From an uncultured cyanobacterium (GTDB lineage: Bacteria > Cyanobacteriota > Cyanobacteriia > Cyanobacteriales > Cyanobacteriaceae), in assembly GCA_963710605.1 (NCBI GenBank), contig CAVQBA010000005.1:224001-288000 (forward strand): a DNA stretch of 64,000 nucleotides, given 5' to 3'. A model generated the notes under the pieces. The model was given only the letters and a program-made list of their open reading frames with translations. It was not told the origin of the DNA and did no database searches. The translations under genes and the position numbers were made by a program. Below are positions 54,333-64,000 of this stretch, one piece after another. How positions within the stretch are numbered: position 1 is the first letter of the stretch; every line of letters begins with the position of its first letter.

Positions 54333-55820
54333 TTAGTTATCAATAATTAATAATGTTTGTAAAGTATCGTCACTTGCACCAGTGATGATACCGCCTAAGC
54401 TAACTATTTGTTGGAGATAATTAATTGCTTCGATCGTAATCAATTCTCCCGCCATAATAATAGGAATACCAGGTGGATAAGGGCAAATAGTTTCCCCACT
54501 AATTTGATTGATAGCGTTAAGTTGGCTAACCATTTTTTTCGCTGCCCCAAATGCTTGACGAGGTGTTAACCTTAATTGAGTGGAATTAGCTTTAAACGGT
54601 ATTTTGGGAGAAATAAATGGTAATTTAGATTCAGTAGCAAAACTCTCTAGTTTGTCAAAAGCATTAACTAACATAGTTATATCTTGCTCAGTATTACCAA
54701 GAGAAATAATAAAAGTAAGATTTTGTAATGAAGGTAACTCACAAGTGACGTTTAATTTTTCATTGAAAATTTCATCCGCTTCGTAACCACTAATACCCAA
54801 ACTACTAACATTAACAGTTAATCTAGTTAAATCAAAATCAGCAAAACTAGGTGAAGAGTTAGAAAAATTCAATACTTTTAAATAATCCCAAGCTGATAAT
54901 TCTTTTCTGGCAATAGAAGCCAAATTTAAAGTTCTTTCTAATAAAACTTTACCCTCAATCGCCATTTGTTGTCTAGCACCATCTAATGAAGCTAAAAGTA
55001 GATAGTTAGGACTAGAAGATTGTACCATAGCCAAAGCCAAACTAATCCGATTAGACTCAACCAAATTACCTTGTAAATGAAGCATCGAAGCTTGAGTCAT
55101 CGCCCCTAAAACTTTGTGAGTAGATTGTATCACTACATCTGCACCATTTTCTAAACCACATACAGGTAACTGAGGATGAAATTTTAAATGAGCGCCGTGG
55201 GCTTCATCAACTATCACAGGAAGATGATACTCATGAACAACTTTAACAATTTCTTTTAAATTAGCACAGATGCCGTGATAGGTAGGAGAAACGAGTAAAA
55301 CAGCCTTAACATCACTGTGAGTTTTTAAAGCATGACTAATTTGCTGGGCGGATATAGTTTCACAGATATCAAACTCATGGTTATATTTTGGCTCAATAAA
55401 AATTGGTATTGCACCTGATAAAACTAAGCCAAAAATTGCTGATTGATGTATATTACGAGGCAAAATTATTTTGTCACCTTCCCCACAAGTAGCCAAAATA
55501 GAGCTTATGACTCCACTAGTGCTACCATTAGCTAAAAACCACGTTTTTTCTGCTCCAAAAGCTTCTGAGGCTAACTCTTGGGCTTCTTTGATAACTCCTT
55601 CAGGTGCAAAGAGGTTGTCTAATTCGGGTAATTCAGGTAAATCAGCCCGAAAAACTTTCTCACCCATCAATTGTATCAGTGCTTGATTTATACCTTTACC
55701 TTTTTTATGTCCTGGTACGTAAAAAGGTGCTTCTTGTCGTTTGGCTAGTTGTTCTAATTTACTAATTAAAGGGGTTTTTTTCTGTCTATTATTCATGTAA
55801 GAATAGTGGATAGTTAACAA
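54333..55820 (-). CDS. Orn/Lys/Arg decarboxylase family PLP enzyme
   Basis: PGHK, NGSTSG, VDEAHGAH, QSTHK, YPPGIP. Confidence 0.93.
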   Translation of the reverse strand: MLTIHYSYMNNRQKKTPLISKLEQLAKRQEAPFYVPGHKKGKGINQALIQLMGEKVFRADLPELPELDNLFAPEGVIKEAQELASEAFGAEKTWFLANGSTSGVISSILATCGEGDKIILPRNIHQSAIFGLVLSGAIPIFIEPKYNHEFDICETISAQQISHALKTHSDVKAVLLVSPTYHGICANLKEIVKVVHEYHLPVIVDEAHGAHLKFHPQLPVCGLENGADVVIQSTHKVLGAMTQASMLHLQGNLVESNRISLALAMVQSSSPNYLLLASLDGARQQMAIEGKVLLERTLNLASIARKELSAWDYLKVLNFSNSSPSFADFDLTRLTVNVSSLGISGYEADEIFNEKLNVTCELPSLQNLTFIISLGNTEQDITMLVNAFDKLESFATESKLPFISPKIPFKANSTQLRLTPRQAFGAAKKMVSQLNAINQISGETICPYPPGIPIIMAGELITIEAINYLQQIVSLGGIITGASDDTLQTLLIIDN

Positions 55821-55910
55821 TTACTATTAGGCTCGTAAATTAATTTAGCCCCGAAATAGATTCGGGGTAGTTTATCTATTTACCGATAAGTATTGTCAAT
55901 GCTTTTTTTA

Positions 55911-56153
55911 TTAGCATCTATGCTTATTCAAATCAATACCAGCTTCTTTTGCCATTACATTTAAACTTTTTTTGTCTAAAGTTTTAATCGCTTTGGTAGA
56001 AAGACGTAGTTTGACAAAACAATTGTTTTCAGCCCACCAGATTTTTTTGTCTTGTAAATTAGCGTGTTGTAACCTTTTTGTCCGTCTATGAGAGTGAGAA
56101 ACTGCATAAGCATTATTCGCTCTTTTTCCTGTTAATTCGCAAACACGAGCCAT
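55911..56153 (-). CDS. rpmB: 50S ribosomal protein L28
   Basis: [10 protein letters not shown]...[10 protein letters not shown]...NLQ. Confidence 0.98.
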   Translation of the reverse strand: MARVCELTGKRANNAYAVSHSHRRTKRLQHANLQDKKIWWAENNCFVKLRLSTKAIKTLDKKSLNVMAKEAGIDLNKHRC

Positions 56154-56407
56154 AATAATAATCTCCTAAATATATTAATTCGTCTAGATAATTTAATTAG
56201 TAATCTTTTATTCTACTAAAATATTGTCTTTATCTGCAAGTAAAAGAGTTTATCGCTTTTAGTATCCGTATCTAAAATTAGTTATTACTGATTATTCAAT
56301 AAACATTGTCATAAAATTCCTTAGTCTATTTTAATAGTTGAGATAACAACAAGGATTAAGAATCAAAAAAGGTTTAGGGCAGTTTGATAATAAAAGTTTT
56401 AGACATT

Positions 56408-56431
56408 AAAAAAGCCCCGATGAAGGGGCTT
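56408..56431 (-). terminator. Intrinsic terminator of psbD
   Basis: AAGCCCC/GGGGCTT stem with a U-tract on the minus strand. Confidence 0.8.
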
Positions 56432-56456
56432 AAACTTAATTCAGATTCACACTGTT

Positions 56457-57515
56457 TTACAGAGCGTTACCACGTGGTAATACTTCTTCAGGGAATTCAA
56501 ATTTTTGGTGGGGTTGATCTTGTGGTGCCATCCATGCACGTAAACCTTCGTTTAAAAGAATGTTTTTGGTGTAGAATGTTTCAAATTCTGGATCTTCTGC
56601 CGCTCTTAACTCTTGAGATACGAAGTCATATGCTCTTAGGTTAAATGCTAAACCGACGATACCGATCGCACTCATCCATAAACCTGTTACAGGTACAAAT
56701 AACATGAAGAAGTGTAACCAACGTTTGTTTGAGAAAGCAATACCGAAAATCTGTGACCAAAAACGGTTAGCAGTTACCATTGAATAGGTTTCTTCTGCTT
56801 GTGTTGGTTCAAACGCACGGAATGTATTCGCTTGCTCACCATCTTGGAATAAGGTGTTTTCTACGGTTGCACCGTGAATTGCACATAATAATGCACCACC
56901 TAATACTCCTGCTACTCCCATCATGTGGAAAGGATTTAGTGTCCAGTTATGGAAACCTTGTAAGAAAAGGATGAAACGGAAGATTCCTGCTACTCCAAAT
57001 GAAGGAGCGAAAAACCAACTTGATTGTCCTAAAGGATACATCAAGAAAACACTGACAAATACAGCGATAGGAGCTGAGAAAGCGATCGCATTATAAGGAC
57101 GAATCCCTACTAAACGAGAAATCTCAAATTGACGCAACATGAAGCCGATTAAGGCAAAAGCACCATGTAGTGCGACAAATGTCCATAAACCACCGATTTG
57201 AAACCAGCGAGTTAAATCGCCTTGTGCTTCTGGTCCCCATAGAAATAATAAGGAGTGACCGAATACGTTAGCAGGGCTTGATACTGCTACGGTTAAAAAG
57301 TTAGCACCTTCTAGGTAAGAACTAGCTAAACCGTGAGTGTACCATGAGGTTACAAAGGTAGTACCTGTTAACCAACCACCTAATGCTAAATAAGCACAAG
57401 GGAATAATAAAATACCAGACCAACCAACAAAGACAAACCTGTCTCTTTTTAGCCAATCGTCAAGAGCATCAAACAAGCCTCTTTCCGACGGCGCGCGTCC
57501 GACTGCAATAGTCAT
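56457..57515 (-). CDS. psbD: Photosystem II D2 protein (monocistronic copy, no psbC following)
   Basis: [16 protein letters not shown]...[10 protein letters not shown], 352 aa. Confidence 0.99.
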   Translation of the reverse strand: MTIAVGRAPSERGLFDALDDWLKRDRFVFVGWSGILLFPCAYLALGGWLTGTTFVTSWYTHGLASSYLEGANFLTVAVSSPANVFGHSLLFLWGPEAQGDLTRWFQIGGLWTFVALHGAFALIGFMLRQFEISRLVGIRPYNAIAFSAPIAVFVSVFLMYPLGQSSWFFAPSFGVAGIFRFILFLQGFHNWTLNPFHMMGVAGVLGGALLCAIHGATVENTLFQDGEQANTFRAFEPTQAEETYSMVTANRFWSQIFGIAFSNKRWLHFFMLFVPVTGLWMSAIGIVGLAFNLRAYDFVSQELRAAEDPEFETFYTKNILLNEGLRAWMAPQDQPHQKFEFPEEVLPRGNAL

Positions 57516-57747
57516 AAAACAAACTCCGATATAATTTCTATTGTTTTAACGTTATGTTTTTTTCTCTAATTATAAAATTGCTTAACAGCTCTTTCTGAGA
57601 AAAATTTACTTTTCTTAACGTTGGGTATAATCTTATTCTACGAGAAAATGTGCTTTTTTGCAAAGGGAATTGTTAAAAAAACCTTAAAAATACTAAAATT
57701 AGAACAGTACAGACTTAATGTAAACCAAATAAGCATTTATAACTATC

Positions 57748-58026
57748 ATGTTCACAATTAATCTTTTAGTCAAATATATTCCTTTACCTATTTCGGTAGA
57801 AAAAAAAGAAGAGGCTGATGCACAAGCTTTGTACAACAGTATTTTAGATGCAATCAAAAGCTCAGAGATACAAATTTTAGAATTAACTTGTGATAAGCAA
57901 ACTGAGAAAAAAATTGCGATCGCTAGTGATCAAGTAACTGGAGTTATTATGTCTCAAAAAGATGGTGCAAATATTGGTGGTAAAGTACCCGGATTTTTTG
58001 CCGCTCTCAGTAGCGAAAACAGTTAA
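57748..58026 (+). CDS. Conserved cyanobacterial protein (UPF0367-like)
   Basis: PLPISVEKKE, LELTCDK, PGFF motifs. Confidence 0.7.
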   Translation: MFTINLLVKYIPLPISVEKKEEADAQALYNSILDAIKSSEIQILELTCDKQTEKKIAIASDQVTGVIMSQKDGANIGGKVPGFFAALSSENS

Positions 58027-58143
58027 TCATTGTCGAAAATACTCTGACAATTAAAAGATAAGAGACAATAGTTAGTAATTAGTAGTTGATAGATGACGAT
58101 CGTTTCAATTATTAATTATTAACTATAAATTTTTAATTGTGTA

Positions 58144-58800
58144 ATGACTAACTCCAAATTTGCTATTGATATCGATCGATTAAACTTCAGTTGGAATCCT
58201 CATTCTTTAGTCTTAGATTCTTGTACCCTCAAAGTACCGAAAGGAGAATTCTGGATGTTATTAGGAAATAACGGTTGCGGAAAATCTACCTTATTAAGAT
58301 TACTAGCAGGTTTATTAATTCCTAGTAGTGGTGAAGTCAAATCGCAAAATCCTCTCGGCTTTGTTTTTCAAAACCCAGATCATCAATTAGTGATGCCTAC
58401 TGTTGCCGCTGATGTCGCTTTTGGTTTAGTTAAAGATAATTTGACGATCGAGCAAGTAAAACATAGAGTAGAATCTGCCTTAGATGCTGTGAATCTACTC
58501 GAATTTAAAAATCGTCCTATTTATGCTTTAAGTGGCGGACAAAAACAACGAGTTGCGATCGCAGGAGAAATAGCTCGTCGATGTCAGGTGTTGTTATTAG
58601 ACGAACCCACCGCATTATTAGATCCAGATACGCAAACAGAACTAGTCGCATTGGTACAAAAACTAGTCAAAGAGACTCAGATTACTGCTTTGTGGGTTAC
58701 CCATCGTTTAGAAGAGTTACACTATGCTGATGGGTATTTTTTATTAGAAGAAGGTAAGGTTGTTCGTCAAGGTAAACCAGAAGAAATAATTAATAATTAA
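58144..58800 (+). CDS. ECF/CbiO-type ABC ATPase
   Basis: GNNGCGKS, FQNPDHQL, LSGGQKQR, LDEPT. Confidence 0.92.
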   Translation: MTNSKFAIDIDRLNFSWNPHSLVLDSCTLKVPKGEFWMLLGNNGCGKSTLLRLLAGLLIPSSGEVKSQNPLGFVFQNPDHQLVMPTVAADVAFGLVKDNLTIEQVKHRVESALDAVNLLEFKNRPIYALSGGQKQRVAIAGEIARRCQVLLLDEPTALLDPDTQTELVALVQKLVKETQITALWVTHRLEELHYADGYFLLEEGKVVRQGKPEEIINN

Positions 58801-59052
58801 TAGTTATTTTAGCTATTATTCTCACAAATTGAAGACAAGATTGTTAGAGAATTAATTATTTACTGTTATCTATTATCTATCCATTGCTCATTCTTCACTA
58901 TAGACATTATCAATTGTTATTGTTGCGGGAATTAAATCGCTGAAATTTGAACTAGATCAAAAATTATTAAATGATTTAGTTAAATTTTTGTTAAGATTGA
59001 CCATTATGACATCATATTTTCCGTAACTTTAATTAAATATATATGCAAAGCA

Positions 59053-59607
59053 ATGAACTCTACTACAACATATCAAGCCATTTTACTTGTGGATGGTTAC
59101 AACATTCTAGGCACATCATCTTATTTCAAGAAAATAAAGAAGAAGAATGGTTTAGAGGCAGCTCGTGATTCTTTAATCGAGTGTATGATTAATTACGCTG
59201 GGTATAAAGCGATCGAAAGTAAAATTGTTTTTGACGCTCATTTCCAACGAACACCCAGCAAAGAAGAGAAATACGGCGATCGTATATCGGTACATTACAC
59301 AGCCTACGATCAAACCGCCGATACCTTTATCGAAAAATTTTGTGCCTGTTTTTATTACCAACGAGAAGATCGAAAAAAGAGATTGGTTGTCGCTACATCA
59401 GACCAAGCTCAACGACATACGGTAGTTGGTTATGGGGCAGAATGGATTTCCGCTCAAGGATTAGTGAGTGAAATTGATACGACTAACTCTACACAAAGAC
59501 GTAGATTAAACACTCGCACTAAATCTAGAGGACGTTTTTTAATGAACTCTTTAGATAGCAAAACGCAACAGGCTTTAGCCCAAATGAGGTTGGGAGGGAA
59601 TTTATAG
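59053..59607 (+). CDS. NYN-domain (YacP/Rae1-like) ribonuclease
   Basis: LLVDGYNI, VFDA, TADTFIE, VATSD. Confidence 0.9.
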   Translation: MNSTTTYQAILLVDGYNILGTSSYFKKIKKKNGLEAARDSLIECMINYAGYKAIESKIVFDAHFQRTPSKEEKYGDRISVHYTAYDQTADTFIEKFCACFYYQREDRKKRLVVATSDQAQRHTVVGYGAEWISAQGLVSEIDTTNSTQRRRLNTRTKSRGRFLMNSLDSKTQQALAQMRLGGNL

Positions 59608-59683
59608 CTTGTTATCTAAAAATTTGATAATTTTTGCCCTTGAATTATTACAAAATTATTGTTATAATTGGTAACTGTTATCT

Positions 59684-59765
59684 GCGGACGTGGCGGAATT
59701 GGTAGACGCGCTAGATTTAGGTTCTAGTATCGTAAGATGTGAGAGTTCAAGTCTCTCCGTCCGTA
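59684..59765 (+). tRNA. trnL: tRNA-Leu (anticodon TAG)
   Basis: GCGGACG/CGTCCGT acceptor stem, CTAGA-TTTAGGT-TCTAG anticodon arm, long variable arm, GAGAG-TTCAAGT-CTCTC T arm; CCA not encoded. Confidence 0.97.
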
Positions 59766-59908
59766 TTAATCGAATAATTGACAATTGACAATTGACAGTT
59801 GACAATTACTTTTTTACTTAATCTACCATGAATTTAAATTGAGTAAAAGTTTTTGATGTTGATTTCTCTTGAAAAAATAGATTCTAAATCGAATTTATCT
59901 TTTAAAAT

Positions 59909-62326
59909 ATGGCACTGAAAAAATCTGAACTTTACACCTCCTTATGGTCTAGTTGCGATGAATTACGGGGAGGGATGGATGCTAGTCAGTATAAGGATTA
60001 TGTGCTAGTTTTGTTATTTATCAAGTATGTGAGCGATAAATATGCAGGACAACAGTTTCCTTCGGTGAGTGTGCCATCGGGCGCTTCTTTTCAGGATATG
60101 GTAGCACTTAAAGGTAAAAAAGATATAGGCGATCGTATTAACAAAGAAATTATCGCCCCTTTAGCCTCCGAGAATGAGTTAGCAGATATGCCAGACTTTA
60201 ACGATACAGCTAAGTTAGGTAGCGGAAAAGAAATGGTAGATAGACTTACTAATCTAATTGCTATCTTTGAAAATCCTGCCCTTGACTTTTCTAAAAATCG
60301 AGCCGAAGGTGACGATATTTTAGGGGATGCCTATGAATACCTGATGCGTCATTTTGCGACAGAAAGCGGTAAGAGTAAAGGACAATTTTACACCCCCGCC
60401 GAAGTGAGTCGAGTTATTGCTCAGATATTAGGTATCAAACAAGCCCAGACTTCTGCTTCTACTACAGTATATGATCCCACCTGTGGTTCTGGTTCGTTAT
60501 TGTTAAAAGTAGCCGACGAAGCCACTACCAATGTTAGTTTGTACGGGCAAGAAAAAGATGCGACAACATCAGGGTTAGCCAAAATGAATATGATTTTGCA
60601 TCAAAACCCTACCGCCGTTGTTAAGCAGGGTAATACTCTCGCTAATCCTTTATTTACTAACAATGAGGAATTGAAAGATTTTGATTATGTAGTAGCTAAT
60701 CCACCTTTTAGTGATAAACGTTGGGCGACGGGATTTGAACCTGAGAAAGATAATTTTACTCGATTTGAGGGTTTTGGTATCCCACCAACTAAACAAGGAG
60801 ATTACGCCTATTTACTGCATATTTTACGATCGTTGAAAAATACAGGTAAAGGGGCTTGTATTTTACCTCATGGGGTTTTGTTTCGGGGTAATGCTGAGGC
60901 AACAATTCGTTGTAATTTGATTAAACGAGGTTATATTGAAGGTATCATCGGTTTACCTGCTAACTTATTTTATGGTACTGGTATTCCTGCTTGTATCGTG
61001 ATTTTGGACAAACAACAAGCCCATAACCGTCAGGGTATTTTTATCATTGATGCTAGTGGTGGCTTTATTAAAGATGGTAATAAAAATCGTTTGCGGGAGC
61101 GAGATATTCATCGCATTGTTGATGTGTTTAAAAAAAGATTAGCAATGCCAAAATATGCTCGTTTTGTTAGTTATGAGGAGATAGAAGCTAATGAGTTTAA
61201 TTTGAATATTCCTCGTTATATTGATGGTCAACAAGAAGAAGATAAACAAGACATATGAGCTCATTTACAAGGCGGTATTCCAGACAGAGATTTACAATCT
61301 TTAGCTAAATATTGGGCTATTTGCCCTAATCTGAAATCTGCTCTTTTTCAACCAAAGCGTTTTTCTTATTCTCAGTTGTCGGTAGAAATTGCTCAGTTAA
61401 AAGATGTTATTTATTCTCATCCCGAATTTAGCGGTTTTATCGCTTCGATGGCGGAAGTATTCGAGCTATGGCAAGGGGAATGGTTAACTCGTTTGCAAGA
61501 TTTGGAGATGGGTTTTTTACCGAAAAATTTAGTTGGGGAAATGGGCGAAAGTTTATTGATTCATTATCAGGATAAACCTTTATTGGATGCTTATAGTATT
61601 TATCAGCATTTACTCGATTATTGGCAAGAGGTGATGCAGGATGATTGTTATTTTATTACTCAAGAAGGTTGGAAAGCCGAAACAAGAAGAGTTTTAGAGA
61701 CCAACAAAAAAGGGAAAGCAATCGATAAAGGTTGGGTTTGTGATTTAATTCCTAAACAGTTGTTAGTGGCTAAATATTTTGTCGCTAAACAAGAGGAAAT
61801 TAATCAGTCAGAAGCAGACTTAGAAAATATCGTCAGTCAACGCACGGAGTTAGAGGAAGAAAATTCGGGAGATGAAGGAGTTTTGGCGGAGTTGGATAAA
61901 ATTAATAAGGCTAATGTTACTAATGCGATTAAAGAATTGAAAGCTGATAAACTCGAATTTGACATTAATCATCAAGAAAATGAAGAGTTGAAAGTATTAA
62001 GCGGTTGGCTGGAGTTATACCAAGAAGAAGCTAAACTCAAAAAAGATATTAAGGCTAAAGTTGAGGTTTTGGATAAATTGGTTTATGAATATTATCCTCT
62101 GTTATCCGAAACTGAGATTAAGACTTTGGTGATAGAAGATAAATGGATGAATAAGTTAAAAGAAGCGATGAGGGGGGAAATGGATTTGATTTCTCAATCT
62201 TTAACTCAACGGGTTAAGGTTTTAGCTCAAAGATATACTCTTCCTTTACCTCAGCTAACGCAAAAGGTTAATATTTTGGAGTCTAGGGTAACGGCACATT
62301 TAGCCAAAATGGGTTTTTCTTTGTAA
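59909..62326 (+). pseudogene. hsdM: Type I R-M methyltransferase (long form) with one in-frame TGA at 61256-61258
   Basis: GQFYTP, DPTCGSG, NPPF; the frame continues QDI*AHLQGGIP into ORF 61376-62326. Confidence 0.9.
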
Positions 62327-62501
62327 AGTGAGTAATTCAATGTCCCTCAATTTTCCTTTATGATCAAGGGTGCAAACCTTGCACCCCTACAAAGAAATAT
62401 ACTAATTTAAATTAAACTTGCTACAATGACTTTCGACAAGTCCCCCTTGAGAAGGGGGATTTAGGGGGATCGTCTTATTTTATTTAGTGGAGAGGGAAAG
62501 A

Positions 62502-63680
62502 ATGGAAAACGAGCAAATTAAGGAAGGTTATAAGTTGACGGAAGTTGGGGTTATTCCTGATGATTGGGAAGTAAAAAAAATAGGTGATGTTTGCGGTTTT
62601 ATTGTACCGGGAAGAAATAAACCCAAAATTTTTAATGGTAATATTCCTTGGATTACAACTCCTGATATAAAAGATGGAAAAATTGTTAACTCTTCAAAAT
62701 CTTTACTCCAAATATCTTTAGATGAAGCTTATTCAATTGGCTCTAAAATTATTCCAAAAGGTTCTGTACTTATGTCATGTGCTGGAGAACTAGGAATAAC
62801 AGCGATTACAGGTTGTGAAATTGTTATTAATCAACAACTTCATGCTTTTATACCTTCAAAGTTAATCAATAAATTTTTTTTAGCATATATGATTAAAAAT
62901 CAGCAAAAATATATTGACACTGTTGCCACCAAAACAGCAGTACCTTATTTGAATAAAGATAGTTGAAATTCTATTCCAATACCATTACCCCCAATCGATG
63001 AACAAGAGAAAATAGCAGAAGTATTGACAGATATAGACGAATTAATTGAAGGGTTAGAAAAACTTATTAATAAAAAACGCCTCATCAAACAGGGTGCAAT
63101 GCAAGAACTTTTTGGACAATGGAGAAGAGAGAATACTTCGGCATCGCTCAGTATAAATGGAGAATGGAGAATTGAAAGATTAGGAGATATTCTAAAAATC
63201 GGACATGGAAAAAGTCAGCACGATGTTGTTGATAATTTTGGAAAATATCCAATTCTTGGTTCGGGTGGTCAAATTGGTAAATCTAATAGTTTTCTCTATG
63301 ACAAACCATCTGTATTGATTGGTAGAAAAGGAACTATTGATAAACCCCAATATATTGATAAACCTTTTTGGACAATTGATACGCTTTTTTATTCAAAAAT
63401 AAATGAAAATTATGAACCAAAGTATATCTTTTATCGATTTTGTTTAATTGATTGGAAACAATATAATGAAGCATCAGGAGTGCCTAGTTTGAGTGCTAGA
63501 ACAATTGAAAATATTGAAATACCATTACCACCAACAAAAGAAGAACAAAAAGCGATCGCATCTATCTTAACCGATATGGACAACGAGATAGAGATGTTAG
63601 AGAAAAAATTAGAGAAAACCAAACAGATAAAACAGGGGATGATGGCAGAATTACTAACAGGAAAGATTAGATTAATTTAG
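62502..63680 (+). pseudogene. hsdS: Type I R-M specificity subunit with one in-frame TGA at 62964-62966
   Basis: TEVGVIPDDW, two target-recognition domains, PLPP..EQ..IA repeats; reads LNKDS*NSIPIPLPP. Confidence 0.9.
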
Positions 63681-63723
63681 AATTGGGGCAACCTAATAAA
63701 AATCGATCTTTTTCATTGACTTT

Positions 63724-64000
63724 ATGAATACTGTTAAACCAGAGCGAAATACCCAAAACCGAGTTATCAAGTTATTTACCGAAGAATTAGGTTATCAATA
63801 TTTGGGTAACTGGCAATATCGAGCTAATAACAGTAACATCGAAGTTGAATATCTAACTAAATATCTGAGAAATGCTAATTATAGCCACGATCAAATTAGC
63901 CGAAGTATTGATATTTTAACTAAGACAGCTAATAAAATCGATCGAACTCTCTACCAAAACAACAAAGCTATCTATCAACTTTTGCGTTATGGTATTCAAA
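63724..64000 (+). CDS. hsdR: Type I R-M restriction subunit, N-terminus (truncated by window)
   Basis: MNTVKPERNTQNRVIKLF..ELGYQYLGNW, open to the edge, follows hsdS. Confidence 0.85.
   Translation, partial: MNTVKPERNTQNRVIKLFTEELGYQYLGNWQYRANNSNIEVEYLTKYLRNANYSHDQISRSIDILTKTANKIDRTLYQNNKAIYQLLRYGIQ

Noticed and set aside
56457-57515. psbD without psbC as unusual or phage-derived
   Set aside because: A second monocistronic psbD is normal in cyanobacteria and the flanking genes are housekeeping.
27319-62966. Genome-wide TGA reassignment or selenocysteine to explain the three in-frame TGAs
   Set aside because: TGA is a normal stop for tniQ and the carotenoid oxygenase, Trp is encoded by TGG, and the three positions do not imply a common residue.

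Overview
AT-rich cyanobacterial chromosome segment (psbD, sqdB, frequent CGATCG/GCGATCGC HIP1 sites, heptamer tandem repeats) with three accessory regions. (1) 1-12990: a Tn7-like CRISPR-associated transposon of the type I-B1 architecture inserted about 24 bp downstream of glmS. It has a right end with four identical TnsB sites, tnsA-tnsB-tnsC-tniQ, cas6-cas8-cas7-cas5 (no cas3 or cas1/2/4 in view), a 4-repeat mini-array, an Xre-type regulator, and a long tnsD that the ORF track missed because it runs off the left edge. (2) About 39.1-49.5 kb: a decayed Rhs polymorphic-toxin and immunity cassette array bounded by a 195-bp direct repeat. Three membrane-anchored GUN4-like genes each follow the C-terminal tail of what looks like one papain-fold toxin family, which suggests an immunity role for GUN4 domains that I do not know to be described. 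(3) 59.7 kb to the end: tRNA-Leu(TAG) followed by a type I restriction-modification locus whose hsdM and hsdS each carry one in-frame TGA. The rest is mostly housekeeping genes plus MITE-, REP- and SDR-like small repeats. Several +1 frameshifts fall at GATC-like sites or a homopolymer and may be sequencing artefacts. All family calls are from motif recognition by eye; no searches were run.
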